A stretch of 64,000 nt of DNA, taken from assembly GCA_026397015.1 (NCBI GenBank), contig JAPLVR010000003.1, forward strand, positions 160,001 through 224,000. Direction: 5' to 3'. How positions within the stretch are numbered: the stretch's first letter is position 1; every line of letters begins with the position of its first letter. Both the position numbers and the translations under genes were made by a program. The notes under the pieces are model-generated. The model made no database searches, was not told the origin of the DNA, and worked only from the letters and a program-made list of their open reading frames with translations. Source of the stretch: Candidatus Iainarchaeum sp. (lineage in GTDB: Archaea > Iainarchaeota > Iainarchaeia > Iainarchaeales > JAAZKV01). Below are positions 35,377 to 44,504 of this stretch, one piece after another.

Positions 35377-35499
35377 TTGTGACAAGCAACAGTTTTGACC
35401 GTAATCTTGAGCGCCCCGTGTGCAACTCTAGGGGCATTCCTTTTTTCTGGTTTAGCTGCAAACAAAACTAATTTATTGCTTAGCTTGTAAAATTAGGTA

Positions 35500-35910
35500 A
35501 TGAAAATAACCTTGTGCTCGAGCTACAGATTCTTTGACAAATTATACGCAATAAAAAAGGCGCTGGAAGAAAGGGGTTACGAAGTGTTTTTACCGAGCAT
35601 GCGTGATTACCATCACCTTGAAGAAACCGCTCTCGCAAAAATACAATACAACCTAATCAAAAACCATTTCAGAAAAGTTGACAAGTCTGATGCAATCTAT
35701 GTGGCGAATTATGACAAGGACGGCGTAAAAGGTTACATAGGAGGAAACTCCTTCCTTGAGATGGGAAAGGCTTTTGACAAAGGAATTCCAATATTCCTCA
35801 TGAATGAGATCCCAACCCAATCGCCATACAGAGAAGAATTAATCGCGCTCATGCCGATAGTAATCGGCGAAGACTGGGATCTAATGAATAAATTGCTTAA
35901 AAAAAGGTGA
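35500..35910 (+). CDS. Nucleoside 2-deoxyribosyltransferase-like fold protein
   Basis: GYEVFLP, SDAIYVAN, YIG.NSFLEMG.A. Confidence 0.6.
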   Translation: MKITLCSSYRFFDKLYAIKKALEERGYEVFLPSMRDYHHLEETALAKIQYNLIKNHFRKVDKSDAIYVANYDKDGVKGYIGGNSFLEMGKAFDKGIPIFLMNEIPTQSPYREELIALMPIVIGEDWDLMNKLLKKR

Positions 35911-35916
35911 CTAAAA

Positions 35917-36159
35917 ATGAAATTAAAAACAAAAGCTGAAAAGAAAAAGGTAAAATCGGAAAAATATGTCCGGGTATGCCCGATGTGCAGGAGCGCAAAA
36001 CTTTCAATAAACAACTCAAACCCCTTCTTTGTGAGTGCCAATATTTGGGAATACAAGTGCGGGAACTGCGGCTACAAAAATGCCCAGAGCCTATTCCCTG
36101 AAATAAAAATTCCCGAGAAACAAACAGGCGGAAAAAAGAAAAAAACGACAAAAAAATGA
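35917..36159 (+). CDS. Small Zn-ribbon protein
   Basis: CPMC...CGNC; RBS AGGTGA. Confidence 0.65.
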   Translation: MKLKTKAEKKKVKSEKYVRVCPMCRSAKLSINNSNPFFVSANIWEYKCGNCGYKNAQSLFPEIKIPEKQTGGKKKKTTKK

Positions 36160-36223
36160 GCCTAAATGCCCCCCACAGAGAATGTTTATATACAACCAAG
36201 AAGCTAATTTGTTAAGTGGCATT

Positions 36224-36841
36224 ATGAGAAGAATCAACAGTCTGTTTGGAAGAAGAAAAAAACCGCTCAGCGAATCCGTAAAGAAAGCGCGTGAAAAAAG
36301 GTTGTTGGAGAGGAACACTCCGCCTACAAAAAAGGGTGGGAAAAAGCCGTTGAGGGAAAGTTTCTACCGCGGCTTTACTCCGAATAATTTGAGTGCAAAA
36401 GAGCAAAAGGAAACGGAAAGGGCAATCAAGGTGCTGGAAAGGGCAAGAATGAAGGGGATGAAAAATACCGTTATAAAAACCACTATTGGCACGCATGTTG
36501 GCGAGTTATACGGTTTTTGGAACGCATTACTTTCGGCCACAACAAACACATCAATAATGCGCGGGGCCGGAATTTACTTTAAAGCCACAATTGCGGGCGG
36601 CGCAATCGGATACGGAATCGGGCACGCTAAAAATGTGCCCCTTGTAAGAAGGGCGACAAAACTTGTCGGCAGGGCGCTCTACAAGGAACAGAAAAAGAAC
36701 AGGGATTTGCGAGAGTTCTTGGAAAAATACAGGTACGTTTACATCAATATGACCGGGGACATTGTCGGAACCAGGCTTCCAAAAATAATATTCGGAAGGA
36801 TGCGGCTGAGAACAAGTAAAATAATCGCCGGAAAATATTAG
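36224..36841 (+). CDS. Highly basic hypothetical protein
   Basis: Arg/Lys-rich N-terminus, Gly-rich GGAIGYGIG segment; TATA-like TTTATATA upstream. Confidence 0.6.
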   Translation: MRRINSLFGRRKKPLSESVKKAREKRLLERNTPPTKKGGKKPLRESFYRGFTPNNLSAKEQKETERAIKVLERARMKGMKNTVIKTTIGTHVGELYGFWNALLSATTNTSIMRGAGIYFKATIAGGAIGYGIGHAKNVPLVRRATKLVGRALYKEQKKNRDLREFLEKYRYVYINMTGDIVGTRLPKIIFGRMRLRTSKIIAGKY

Positions 36842-36902
36842 GGGCGTTTAATCCCTGCAGCCACCCGCAACAATTTTTAATTGAATCCACAGAAACTTCA
36901 TT

Positions 36903-38021
36903 ATGATTCCGAAAAACATTTCCGAATTAGTTACCTTCTCGCCGAACAGGTTTGAGCCGATACATGACTGGTTCTACTATAAGGAAGGGTACGCAAAAAA
37001 ATTGGTTGAGTGGCTGGTAAAGGAATACAACCTGGAAGGCCCCATTTTTGACCCGTTCTGTGGAAGCGGGACAACAGTTTTGGCCGCAAAACAGATGGGC
37101 ATTGAAAGCATCGGGTGCGATGTTTCGCCGCTCGCGGTTCTTGCATCAAAAGTAAAAACAAGGAATTATGAAGTTGAAACGCTGAAAAAAAAGCTGGGCG
37201 AATTCAGGGAAATGAAAGTTCCTCCCGAGCAGTTGACGCCGCGCGACGAAAGGCTGAGAAAAATAATCAGCAGGGGAAACTGGGAAGAAATGCATTTTTT
37301 GAAAAAAAAGATTGAGGAAATTGGAGACGAAAAAGCAAGAGATTTTTTTTATTTGGCAATGGTTGATTCTTTCGGTGCAGTGGCGCAGGTGGTAAAAGTC
37401 GGGGGGTCGCTGAGAAGGGCGAAAAAAAATGTTCCATCAATGAAAAAGTTTTTCGAGAGGAAATGCGAGAGGATGATAAGGGATTTGGAAAGGGGGAAGA
37501 AGGGGGTGGAGCCGGAAGTAATCGAAGCCGATGCAAGGGTTTTCAACCTCGAGGAAAATAGTATTGGTTCCATAATTACTTCACCGCCGTACTTGAACAA
37601 AATCGAATACACTACCGTTTACAAGCTCGAGCTTATTTTGTTTTTCAAGGTGCAGGAAACGCAATTGAGGGCTTTCATCGGGGATGAGCCTCAAAACATC
37701 AGGGGAACAAAAATAAAAATCAAAAATTTTCAAAAGTTTCCGCCGATTGCGCAGGCATACTTTGAAGATATGGAAAAAGTGATGGTGAACTGCTTCCGCT
37801 GTTTAAAGCCGAAAGGGAAAATGGTTATTGTTGTGGCTGGAGGATGCCTGCCAGATAGAATAATTCAGAGCGACGAAATTTTGTGCGATTTGGGGCAGGC
37901 GATTGGATTCAAAATAATCGATATTATTGCCGCAAGAGAAATTTTTTGCCACGCAAACAGGTCGATAAAAATCGGGAAAGTAAGGGAAAGCGTTATTGTT
38001 TTGGAGAAGCCGGAAGTTTGA
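36903..38021 (+). CDS. Orphan amino (likely m4C) DNA methyltransferase
   Basis: PIHDWFYYKEGY, DPFCGSG, TSPPY. Confidence 0.85.
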   Translation: MIPKNISELVTFSPNRFEPIHDWFYYKEGYAKKLVEWLVKEYNLEGPIFDPFCGSGTTVLAAKQMGIESIGCDVSPLAVLASKVKTRNYEVETLKKKLGEFREMKVPPEQLTPRDERLRKIISRGNWEEMHFLKKKIEEIGDEKARDFFYLAMVDSFGAVAQVVKVGGSLRRAKKNVPSMKKFFERKCERMIRDLERGKKGVEPEVIEADARVFNLEENSIGSIITSPPYLNKIEYTTVYKLELILFFKVQETQLRAFIGDEPQNIRGTKIKIKNFQKFPPIAQAYFEDMEKVMVNCFRCLKPKGKMVIVVAGGCLPDRIIQSDEILCDLGQAIGFKIIDIIAAREIFCHANRSIKIGKVRESVIVLEKPEV

Positions 38022-38090
38022 AAAGAAAGGTATAAATACCATGAAGAACGCTATACTTCGGGAAGGATTTCCGATTTTTGAGGTGGTTTT

Positions 38091-40340
38091 TTGAAAAGGT
38101 TTCTTGGAATAGTTTTATTGGTCGCAGTAATTATTTTATTTTCAGGGTGCATCCAACCGCCAGTATGCGGAAACGAAAGATGTGAAATAGGAGAGAACCA
38201 AGACAACTGTTCAGCGGATTGCTCGTCACAATCGCCGCCTTCGGTGCAGATCTTTGAGCCGGAAATCAACGGTCTTGTTGTGACCCAAAACGGCGTTGCA
38301 CAGCCTAACTGTGGAAGCTTTGACGAAACATACTGCGCAAACTATTCCGCTGGCCCAGACCAAAATGGAACAATATTCAACGGGCCCATTGCATTTGAAT
38401 GGGGCGACGGAAGTGTTTCATGTTCCTGGTTCCCTGCGGAACATCAATATGCACAAGCCGGTGAGTATACAATAAGCGTAAGTGCAAAAAATACCTGTAC
38501 CGAAACGATCGGCGGCGCAACCAGAATTGTGCGAATAAGTTCAGGTTCTTGCGGAAATTCAATATGCGAAGCAGAAGAAACGCCTCAAACATGTTCCGAT
38601 GATTGTAGCATAATTTCTCCGGGAGTTTACGAGCTAAATATCGGGGACAAAATATTTGTTGAAGGAGGCGGAAATTTTGCAGGCGAAATACTGTCAATAA
38701 CATTTATTGATGTGGTTCAGCCGGGAACGGGCCCAAACATGCCCTACCAAGGGAAATGGACACTAAAAAACAACTACACATTACTAAAAATTGTCCAAAA
38801 AGCGCCGGGCACTTACTTAAACGACGAATTCGGATCAAATTATTTTAACCGCAATCCGAAAATATACGTTGAAGAGGTTGCGTTTAATCTGCAAACCGAA
38901 AAATATTTCGCAAAAGTGAGGATAACAAGCGGAATAGAAATAAGGACTGACCAAGTGTTCCCGTACGATCCGGCGCAAACAACAAATCCAGAATGGACTG
39001 GGCACGCGAACACTGTTTTGGAAGGAAATAAAGTCAAACTTCTCTCAATTGAAATAATGAATAATTGGTCATATGACCAACCAACAAACGAGAGTTCGAC
39101 ACAGAAAATCGTCCTCGCAAAAAACCAATCAATAAAACTCCCTTTGGATTATGGGCACATAACTTACGAAGGCCTTCAAGGGGAAAACCCTGAAGTAACC
39201 GAAACAATTGGCGGAAACACATTAAAAATAACTGATACTTTTGGAATCCAAAGAGAAGTTCCATTAGTAATCCAGCTGGGATTCGGTCTTAACGAGATAA
39301 TGATTTCAGGAACCCCATTTGTTGTTTATCTCGCTAAGCTTGAAAACACTGAAAAGGATGTTGCCAGGTACTGGCCTTACTCTAGAACTGCCGCGGCAAT
39401 TCCCGACCCATGGAAAAACCCTCCGGCAGGTTACAATGACATCTCATATTCAAACAAAAGCGTAACAAAAACAACCCTAAGCTTCTGGGTAAATACAACC
39501 AGCATGTCGCCAAAATATGCCCTAGGGGTTGACAAAACAACCGGGCAGGCATGGCTTTTACTGTCCAGCCAGTCATTCCGCGTTAAATCTGCAAGCAGAA
39601 GCGGCATTCTTGAGGTCGGAAGCACCTGCATCCCATCAGCCACGCCGGACCAAAGGCCGTATTACCTGCCGGATTTAACCACGTTAAATGTTCTTACCGG
39701 GGCCGGCTATTCAATAATGCCGTCTGATGGGGATTCTTACGAATTCACTTCAAAAATGACACTCAAGGATTATGACAATCCGCAGGGAGTAGATTTTTAT
39801 CTCGGGACGTCGGATGATTTGCTCGTAAACAGCACAAATAATAAAGCAAGGTGCAGCACGGCGGACAATGAGGCGGAATATATTCATTGGAACCTAAATG
39901 AATACACAACCGCGGCATCCACAAAGCTGCTGCAGGGATACACTACTTACGGCACAAAGGTAACGGTCAGCGAGGGAATTGGAAAAGCATACGTTCCGCT
40001 TTACACAAAGGTCATGGCGCACACAACTGTAAACATTTCCAACCCAATTGAATTATTCCTGAGAAACAAAATACAGGATTCAAATCAATTCATTTGGGAT
40101 ATAAGCTCCAATGATGTGTACAGCGAAAAAATAATGCTTGAGGCAACCGCGAGAAATCAGACAATCGCAAACGGCTTTTATCCGGGCGAGGTTGTTTTGT
40201 CAATAGGAAAAAATGGAATAGAATACTACGTCACATTCAACCAGCCTGCCGATATCGGCACCGAAATAAATTTCATGGGCAAAAATTATAGGATTGCGGA
40301 AATCGGATTAGGGCGCGTATTCCTTGAAGAAGTGCAATAA
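38091..40340 (+). CDS. Secreted lipoprotein with Cys-rich motifs and a PKD-like domain
   Basis: LFSGC lipobox, CGN..CE..E...C..DC x2, WGDGS...HQY..AGEYTISV. Confidence 0.7.
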   Translation: MKRFLGIVLLVAVIILFSGCIQPPVCGNERCEIGENQDNCSADCSSQSPPSVQIFEPEINGLVVTQNGVAQPNCGSFDETYCANYSAGPDQNGTIFNGPIAFEWGDGSVSCSWFPAEHQYAQAGEYTISVSAKNTCTETIGGATRIVRISSGSCGNSICEAEETPQTCSDDCSIISPGVYELNIGDKIFVEGGGNFAGEILSITFIDVVQPGTGPNMPYQGKWTLKNNYTLLKIVQKAPGTYLNDEFGSNYFNRNPKIYVEEVAFNLQTEKYFAKVRITSGIEIRTDQVFPYDPAQTTNPEWTGHANTVLEGNKVKLLSIEIMNNWSYDQPTNESSTQKIVLAKNQSIKLPLDYGHITYEGLQGENPEVTETIGGNTLKITDTFGIQREVPLVIQLGFGLNEIMISGTPFVVYLAKLENTEKDVARYWPYSRTAAAIPDPWKNPPAGYNDISYSNKSVTKTTLSFWVNTTSMSPKYALGVDKTTGQAWLLLSSQSFRVKSASRSGILEVGSTCIPSATPDQRPYYLPDLTTLNVLTGAGYSIMPSDGDSYEFTSKMTLKDYDNPQGVDFYLGTSDDLLVNSTNNKARCSTADNEAEYIHWNLNEYTTAASTKLLQGYTTYGTKVTVSEGIGKAYVPLYTKVMAHTTVNISNPIELFLRNKIQDSNQFIWDISSNDVYSEKIMLEATARNQTIANGFYPGEVVLSIGKNGIEYYVTFNQPADIGTEINFMGKNYRIAEIGLGRVFLEEVQ

Positions 40341-40366
40341 ATAATACGATTCTCAAAGGGCGATTA

Positions 40367-40401
40367 GTTTTTTTCGCCAGCCTTTTTGTAAAAAAGGCTG
40401 G
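40367..40401. repeat. REP-like palindrome (family also at 2565-2590 and 44290-44320)
   Basis: TTTTCGCCAGCCTTTTT-GTA-AAAAAGGCTGG. Confidence 0.7.
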
Positions 40402-40556
40402 TTTGAAACCTTAAGTTTTGGAAAACAAGAGGTTTGCTTTTTCCATAATGCATCCTTATTAGCGGGGGCGCAACTAACATTAGTTGCCTTCTATTAAATG
40501 CACCAAAAAAGAGATGCACTGCAACTGAAGGCACAACTCCAACACGGTGAAAAAAA

Positions 40557-40913
40557 TTGAGTCTTATAAAGCTGACTTTCGGCGGAAGGAATCCAAGCGC
40601 GGCTGACGCAATAGGCAAAGGAAAATTGAAGGTTGTTAAAACCGACAAATTTTACGGAACAGAAGCCGTTTGCGTAATAGGAACACTCGTTGAAGGGGCT
40701 CTTTCTGTAAACATGTGCATTCCGGAAAAGAATGCAAAAATACAGAGCCTGGAATCGAACTATGGCGATGATTACTGCGTAAAAGAAGGTGCAAAGGTAA
40801 CACTCATGGTTTTGGGGATAAATAAGAGCGACTTTAACACGGGGGATGACATACAGTTCCAAAAGCTTGCGGTGATTGCCGGCAAACCGAAGGGAAGATT
40901 GATAATCGCATAA
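40557..40913 (+). CDS. Hypothetical beta-barrel protein (EF-Tu domain II-like)
   Basis: VIGTLVEG...KIQSLE...GAKVTL pattern. Confidence 0.45.
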   Translation: MSLIKLTFGGRNPSAADAIGKGKLKVVKTDKFYGTEAVCVIGTLVEGALSVNMCIPEKNAKIQSLESNYGDDYCVKEGAKVTLMVLGINKSDFNTGDDIQFQKLAVIAGKPKGRLIIA

Positions 40914-40931
40914 ATTTTACGGATGGTGAGC

Positions 40932-40962
40932 AGCCCGGCCTGCCCCCGGCGGCAGGCGGGTT
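40932..40962. other. GC-rich intergenic hairpin
   Basis: GCCTGCC-CCCGGC-GGCAGGC with flanking CCC/GGG. Confidence 0.5.
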
Positions 40963-40994
40963 TAAATCCTTAATTGGACTAATTTTATTTCAGT

Positions 40995-41555
40995 ATGGCA
41001 AATCTTTTCAATCCACAAAATATCCAAGATAAACTGAAAAATCCAATGAAAAAATTGTTCTCATCGCAGGCGTCGGTTGAAACAAAACAAATAATGCTTT
41101 ATGCAACCGGTCTAATCATTATCCCGCTTTTATCCAACAATCAATTGATAACGGGCGCATTTGTAAACACAATATTGATACTTGCCGCGCTGAACTATTC
41201 CCTCAAAAAAACTTTTTTCCTCTCATTCATCCCGAGCACGACAATTTTTTTAACAGGGTTTTTCTTCGGCGGCGTAACAGCCGCAATCGCGTTGATGCTC
41301 CCTTTCATTTGGGCGGGAAACTTTTTGTTGATGCTTGCAACAAAAAAACTTTTCATTGAAAAGAAAAAAAATTATTTCATTTCTGCTACCGGGGGGGCAC
41401 TGGCAAAAACCGCTTTGCTTTTTTGTTCTGCAACAATGCTCGCTTCATTCTCGCTTATCCCAATCGTATTCGTTTCGACGTTTGGAATAATGCAGCTGGC
41501 AACAGCCGAAAGCGGCGCAATGATTGCTTTTATTTTAAAAAAAGCAAAAAGATAA
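40995..41555 (+). CDS. Multi-TM protein, ECF S-component-like
   Basis: NQLITGAFVN, LPFIWAGN, QLATA motifs. Confidence 0.6.
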   Translation: MANLFNPQNIQDKLKNPMKKLFSSQASVETKQIMLYATGLIIIPLLSNNQLITGAFVNTILILAALNYSLKKTFFLSFIPSTTIFLTGFFFGGVTAAIALMLPFIWAGNFLLMLATKKLFIEKKKNYFISATGGALAKTALLFCSATMLASFSLIPIVFVSTFGIMQLATAESGAMIAFILKKAKR

Positions 41556-41580
41556 AAACAGGCATATTCACTTTCATAGT

Positions 41581-42318
41581 ATGTTAATTGAACTTTTCCT
41601 GTCTCTTCTGGCAATTTCCCTCGTCTCGCTGATAGGCTTATTTTCATTTGCGGTAAACTCAAAAAAAATCGGGAAATTGCTCGGAGAAATGGTTGCGTTT
41701 GCGGTAGGCGCTCTTCTCGGGGACGTTTTCATCCATCTCCTTCCGGAACTTGGAAAAAACGGGTTTTCACTTGAAATTTCAATAACGATTCTTGCTGGAA
41801 TGGTTTCATTCTTCGTGCTGGAAAAATTCATCCACTGGCACCACTGCCACCACGTCGAGCATGGAAAAGCCTGCCAGAGATTCACATACATGAGCATTTA
41901 TGGCGACGCGCTGCACAATTTCATTGACGGGATAATACTTGCAGGCGCTTTTATTTCGGGAAACGTAATCGGCTTTTCAACCGCAATCGCGGTTTTTCTG
42001 CATGAAGTGCCGCAGGAAATCGGGGATTTTGGAATTCTGCTGAAAGGCGGCTTCACAAAGAAAAGAGCATTGTTTTATAATTTCGTGACGGCGCTTACGA
42101 CATTCGTGGGAGCGGGATTTGCTTTATATTTCAGCACGCTAATGGAAGGAATTGCCCCTTTTTTTATCGCTTTTGCCGCTGGAAGCTTTTTGTACATCGC
42201 CGGAACGGATTTGCTGCCGGAACTGCACAAAGAATTCTCACCAAAAAAAATATTTTCACAGATATTTTTTATCATTCTTGGCATAGGAGTAATGGGCGCG
42301 CTCTTACTGATAGGGTAG
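41581..42318 (+). CDS. ZIP family metal transporter
   Basis: HWHHCHH loop, HNFIDG, HEVPQEIGDF. Confidence 0.92.
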   Translation: MLIELFLSLLAISLVSLIGLFSFAVNSKKIGKLLGEMVAFAVGALLGDVFIHLLPELGKNGFSLEISITILAGMVSFFVLEKFIHWHHCHHVEHGKACQRFTYMSIYGDALHNFIDGIILAGAFISGNVIGFSTAIAVFLHEVPQEIGDFGILLKGGFTKKRALFYNFVTALTTFVGAGFALYFSTLMEGIAPFFIAFAAGSFLYIAGTDLLPELHKEFSPKKIFSQIFFIILGIGVMGALLLIG

Positions 42319-42379
42319 ATAACAAGTCTGCAAATCTTCGAAGCGGAAGTAATTTAACCAAGAAAAGAGGAATTACTTA

Positions 42380-43081
42380 ATGAAAAAAATATTCAGAACA
42401 CCTTTTTTCAATGGAAGGAAAAAAAGAATTGAAAGAGCAGTAGAAAGGGCAAGGGCATTGCGGGCGAGAAAACGCGTTCCATGGAAAAGAGGAATATCCG
42501 AATTACACGAGATGAACGAATCGCACGCGAGAGAACTTATTGCAAGAAAAATAGTTCTTCCTGCGGCAAGAAAAGCGCTTGGAAGGCATCTAAAAGCGGT
42601 CCTGATTTTCGGGAGCGCACAGCAGGGAGTAAGGGAATCAGTGCTTGGCCACAGGAAATATTTGAATGAACGCCCCGCACTTGCCATCCCGAAAAAAAGC
42701 GATCTTGATATATTACTGATAAGCACAAAAGCACCTGACAGAGAATCTTACCAGACAATGGCAGGGCTTTCAAGCATGGTGCCAATTGACCTTGAAAATA
42801 CTTTGGGCGGGCAAATGGGTGCCGGCGGTTTCATTAGAAGAAAAACAAAAAAAATCGAAAAAACTGTTTCAGACCTGAAAATACTTAATCTGGGATTTTA
42901 TGTGCATTTCGAAATAGTGCACCCTGATGTTTTTGCGAACGAAATGCGCAACATTTTTTCTCCATTTCAAGTGATAAGCGGGAAGAAATATGTTCAGCAA
43001 ATACTTGAAGAAAAATTTTTCGAAAGGCTGCCGAGAATGAAAAAAGAACTCAAAAAAGATTATCCTTTGAAGTATTCATGA
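42380..43081 (+). CDS. Nucleotidyltransferase-domain protein with basic N-terminal extension
   Basis: IFGS...SDLDILL pol-beta motif. Confidence 0.65.
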   Translation: MKKIFRTPFFNGRKKRIERAVERARALRARKRVPWKRGISELHEMNESHARELIARKIVLPAARKALGRHLKAVLIFGSAQQGVRESVLGHRKYLNERPALAIPKKSDLDILLISTKAPDRESYQTMAGLSSMVPIDLENTLGGQMGAGGFIRRKTKKIEKTVSDLKILNLGFYVHFEIVHPDVFANEMRNIFSPFQVISGKKYVQQILEEKFFERLPRMKKELKKDYPLKYS

Positions 43082-43092
43082 TTAAACTTTTG

Positions 43093-43686
43093 TTAAAGCG
43101 CGGGCGAAGTAACTTTCTCAAGCGCTTCCTTCAACATTGCTTTTGCGCCGCCGTAGTTGTGCCCGGGCCAAATTATTATCTCAGGATTTTTTTTTGAGAA
43201 CGCTGAAAGCTTTTCCAGCGAAGCGCGCATTTCATTTTCATCGCCGCCGAAATCGGCTCTTCCCGTGCCGTCGGCAAACAGCACATCGCCGGTAAATAAA
43301 TTATTTTTAATCAAAAAACAAACGCTGTCGGAAGTGTGGCCGGGAAGGAAAAGCGTTTCAATTCTGAAACCCGCGACTTCAATTTCCGGGCACTTTTTTA
43401 AATCTTCAAAACTTTTCAAAAGGATTCCTTTCTCAATAAAGCAATTCACGTTTCCGGCATGGTCGAAGTGGGAATGGGTTACTAATTGAAAAATAACTTT
43501 TGCGTCATTTTTCCTTATTGCTTTTTCTATTTCTTCAATTGAGCCGGTCGCATCAATCAAAACCGCTCCGCCATTTTTTCCGATTACAAGATAAGAAAAA
43601 TTGTTGTCGAAGCCGCGGACATTTACCTGAATTATTTTTACTTTTTCCGGTTTTGGAGATTTTTTTAGGCTTTTGGAGGAAACCAT
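43093..43686 (-). CDS. MBL-fold metallo-hydrolase (glyoxalase II-like)
   Basis: THSHFDH, PGHT, FTGD, PGH. Confidence 0.9.
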   Translation of the reverse strand: MVSSKSLKKSPKPEKVKIIQVNVRGFDNNFSYLVIGKNGGAVLIDATGSIEEIEKAIRKNDAKVIFQLVTHSHFDHAGNVNCFIEKGILLKSFEDLKKCPEIEVAGFRIETLFLPGHTSDSVCFLIKNNLFTGDVLFADGTGRADFGGDENEMRASLEKLSAFSKKNPEIIIWPGHNYGGAKAMLKEALEKVTSPAL

Positions 43687-43721
43687 AATGGTTTTTATAC
43701 TGCGGAAACATCTATAATGGT

Positions 43722-44147
43722 ATGGCGGAAAGGAAACCCAGCATAGTAAGATTAGTGCTGACAATCATTGTTGCGGCAATAGTTTTCTTTGTCGTTTCGA
43801 TGGCGTTCAGCTTCCTGACAAAAATGTTCTTTCCTTATGACATGGCAGCGATTGCAGGGTCCAGGTTGGTAACGGACCCGCTAATGATGGCATTCTTCCT
43901 ACATCCACTAATATATATGGTCGGAGTAGTCATACTGTATCCTCTGCTCAATCTGAAGTGGAGCACCGTTGAGAAGGGAACCGCTTACGGTTTTATTTTG
44001 TGGCTGATGATTTCGCTTCCCGAAGCGTACGTAATATTTACAAGCATGAGTGATTACCCGACAGGATTTTACATAGACAAGCTTTTGTTCGGGCTGGTTG
44101 CATGGATTGCAACCGGAGTAACGATTGCATACCTGTTGAGAGAGTAA
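43722..44147 (+). CDS. Four-TM membrane protein
   Basis: Four hydrophobic segments. Confidence 0.65.
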   Translation: MAERKPSIVRLVLTIIVAAIVFFVVSMAFSFLTKMFFPYDMAAIAGSRLVTDPLMMAFFLHPLIYMVGVVILYPLLNLKWSTVEKGTAYGFILWLMISLPEAYVIFTSMSDYPTGFYIDKLLFGLVAWIATGVTIAYLLRE

Positions 44148-44319
44148 ACTGTTGAAAGAATATTTGTCCAACCGCTATTTGCTACGACGCGAGAACTCAA
44201 AAATACATTTAACTACTTAACTTTTCACAAAAATTTAAAGCAGCGAAAAGACCTTTCATAAAAAAGGCTGTGCCGAACGAAGTGAGGCGTTTTTCGCCAG
44301 CCTTTTTCTCAAAAAGGCT

Positions 44320-44391
44320 GCCCCGATAGTCTATTGGTTAGGATTCACCCCTGTCACGGGTGAGAGCCGGGTCCGAATCCCGGTCGGGGCG
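44320..44391 (+). tRNA. tRNA-Asp(GTC)
   Basis: Acceptor GCCCCGA/TCGGGGC; CACCC-CT-GTC-AC-GGGTG; T-loop TCCGAAT. Confidence 0.95.
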
Positions 44392-44504
44392 TTTTGGGCG
44401 AAAGGCCTATCTATTAACAGTGTATATTTTAACAATAAAAAAAAGAAAAAGCAAAACCTTTAAATACAACCTCGATACACAAAATAATATTGGTTGCGAT
44501 TTCG

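Larger units (their letters stand above)
32348..35438 (+). repeat. Five dispersed degenerate copies of tRNA-Tyr locus ends
   Basis: 32348-32376, 33203-33235, 33588-33616, 34755-34778 and 35414-35438; all intergenic and in the same orientation as the tRNA. Confidence 0.75.

Noticed and set aside
32348-35438. tRNA-derived repeats as CRISPR repeats or attC sites
   Set aside because: Spacing is 0.4-1.2 kb with whole genes between copies; there are no RYYYAAC/GTTRRRY boxes and no integron integrase in the window.
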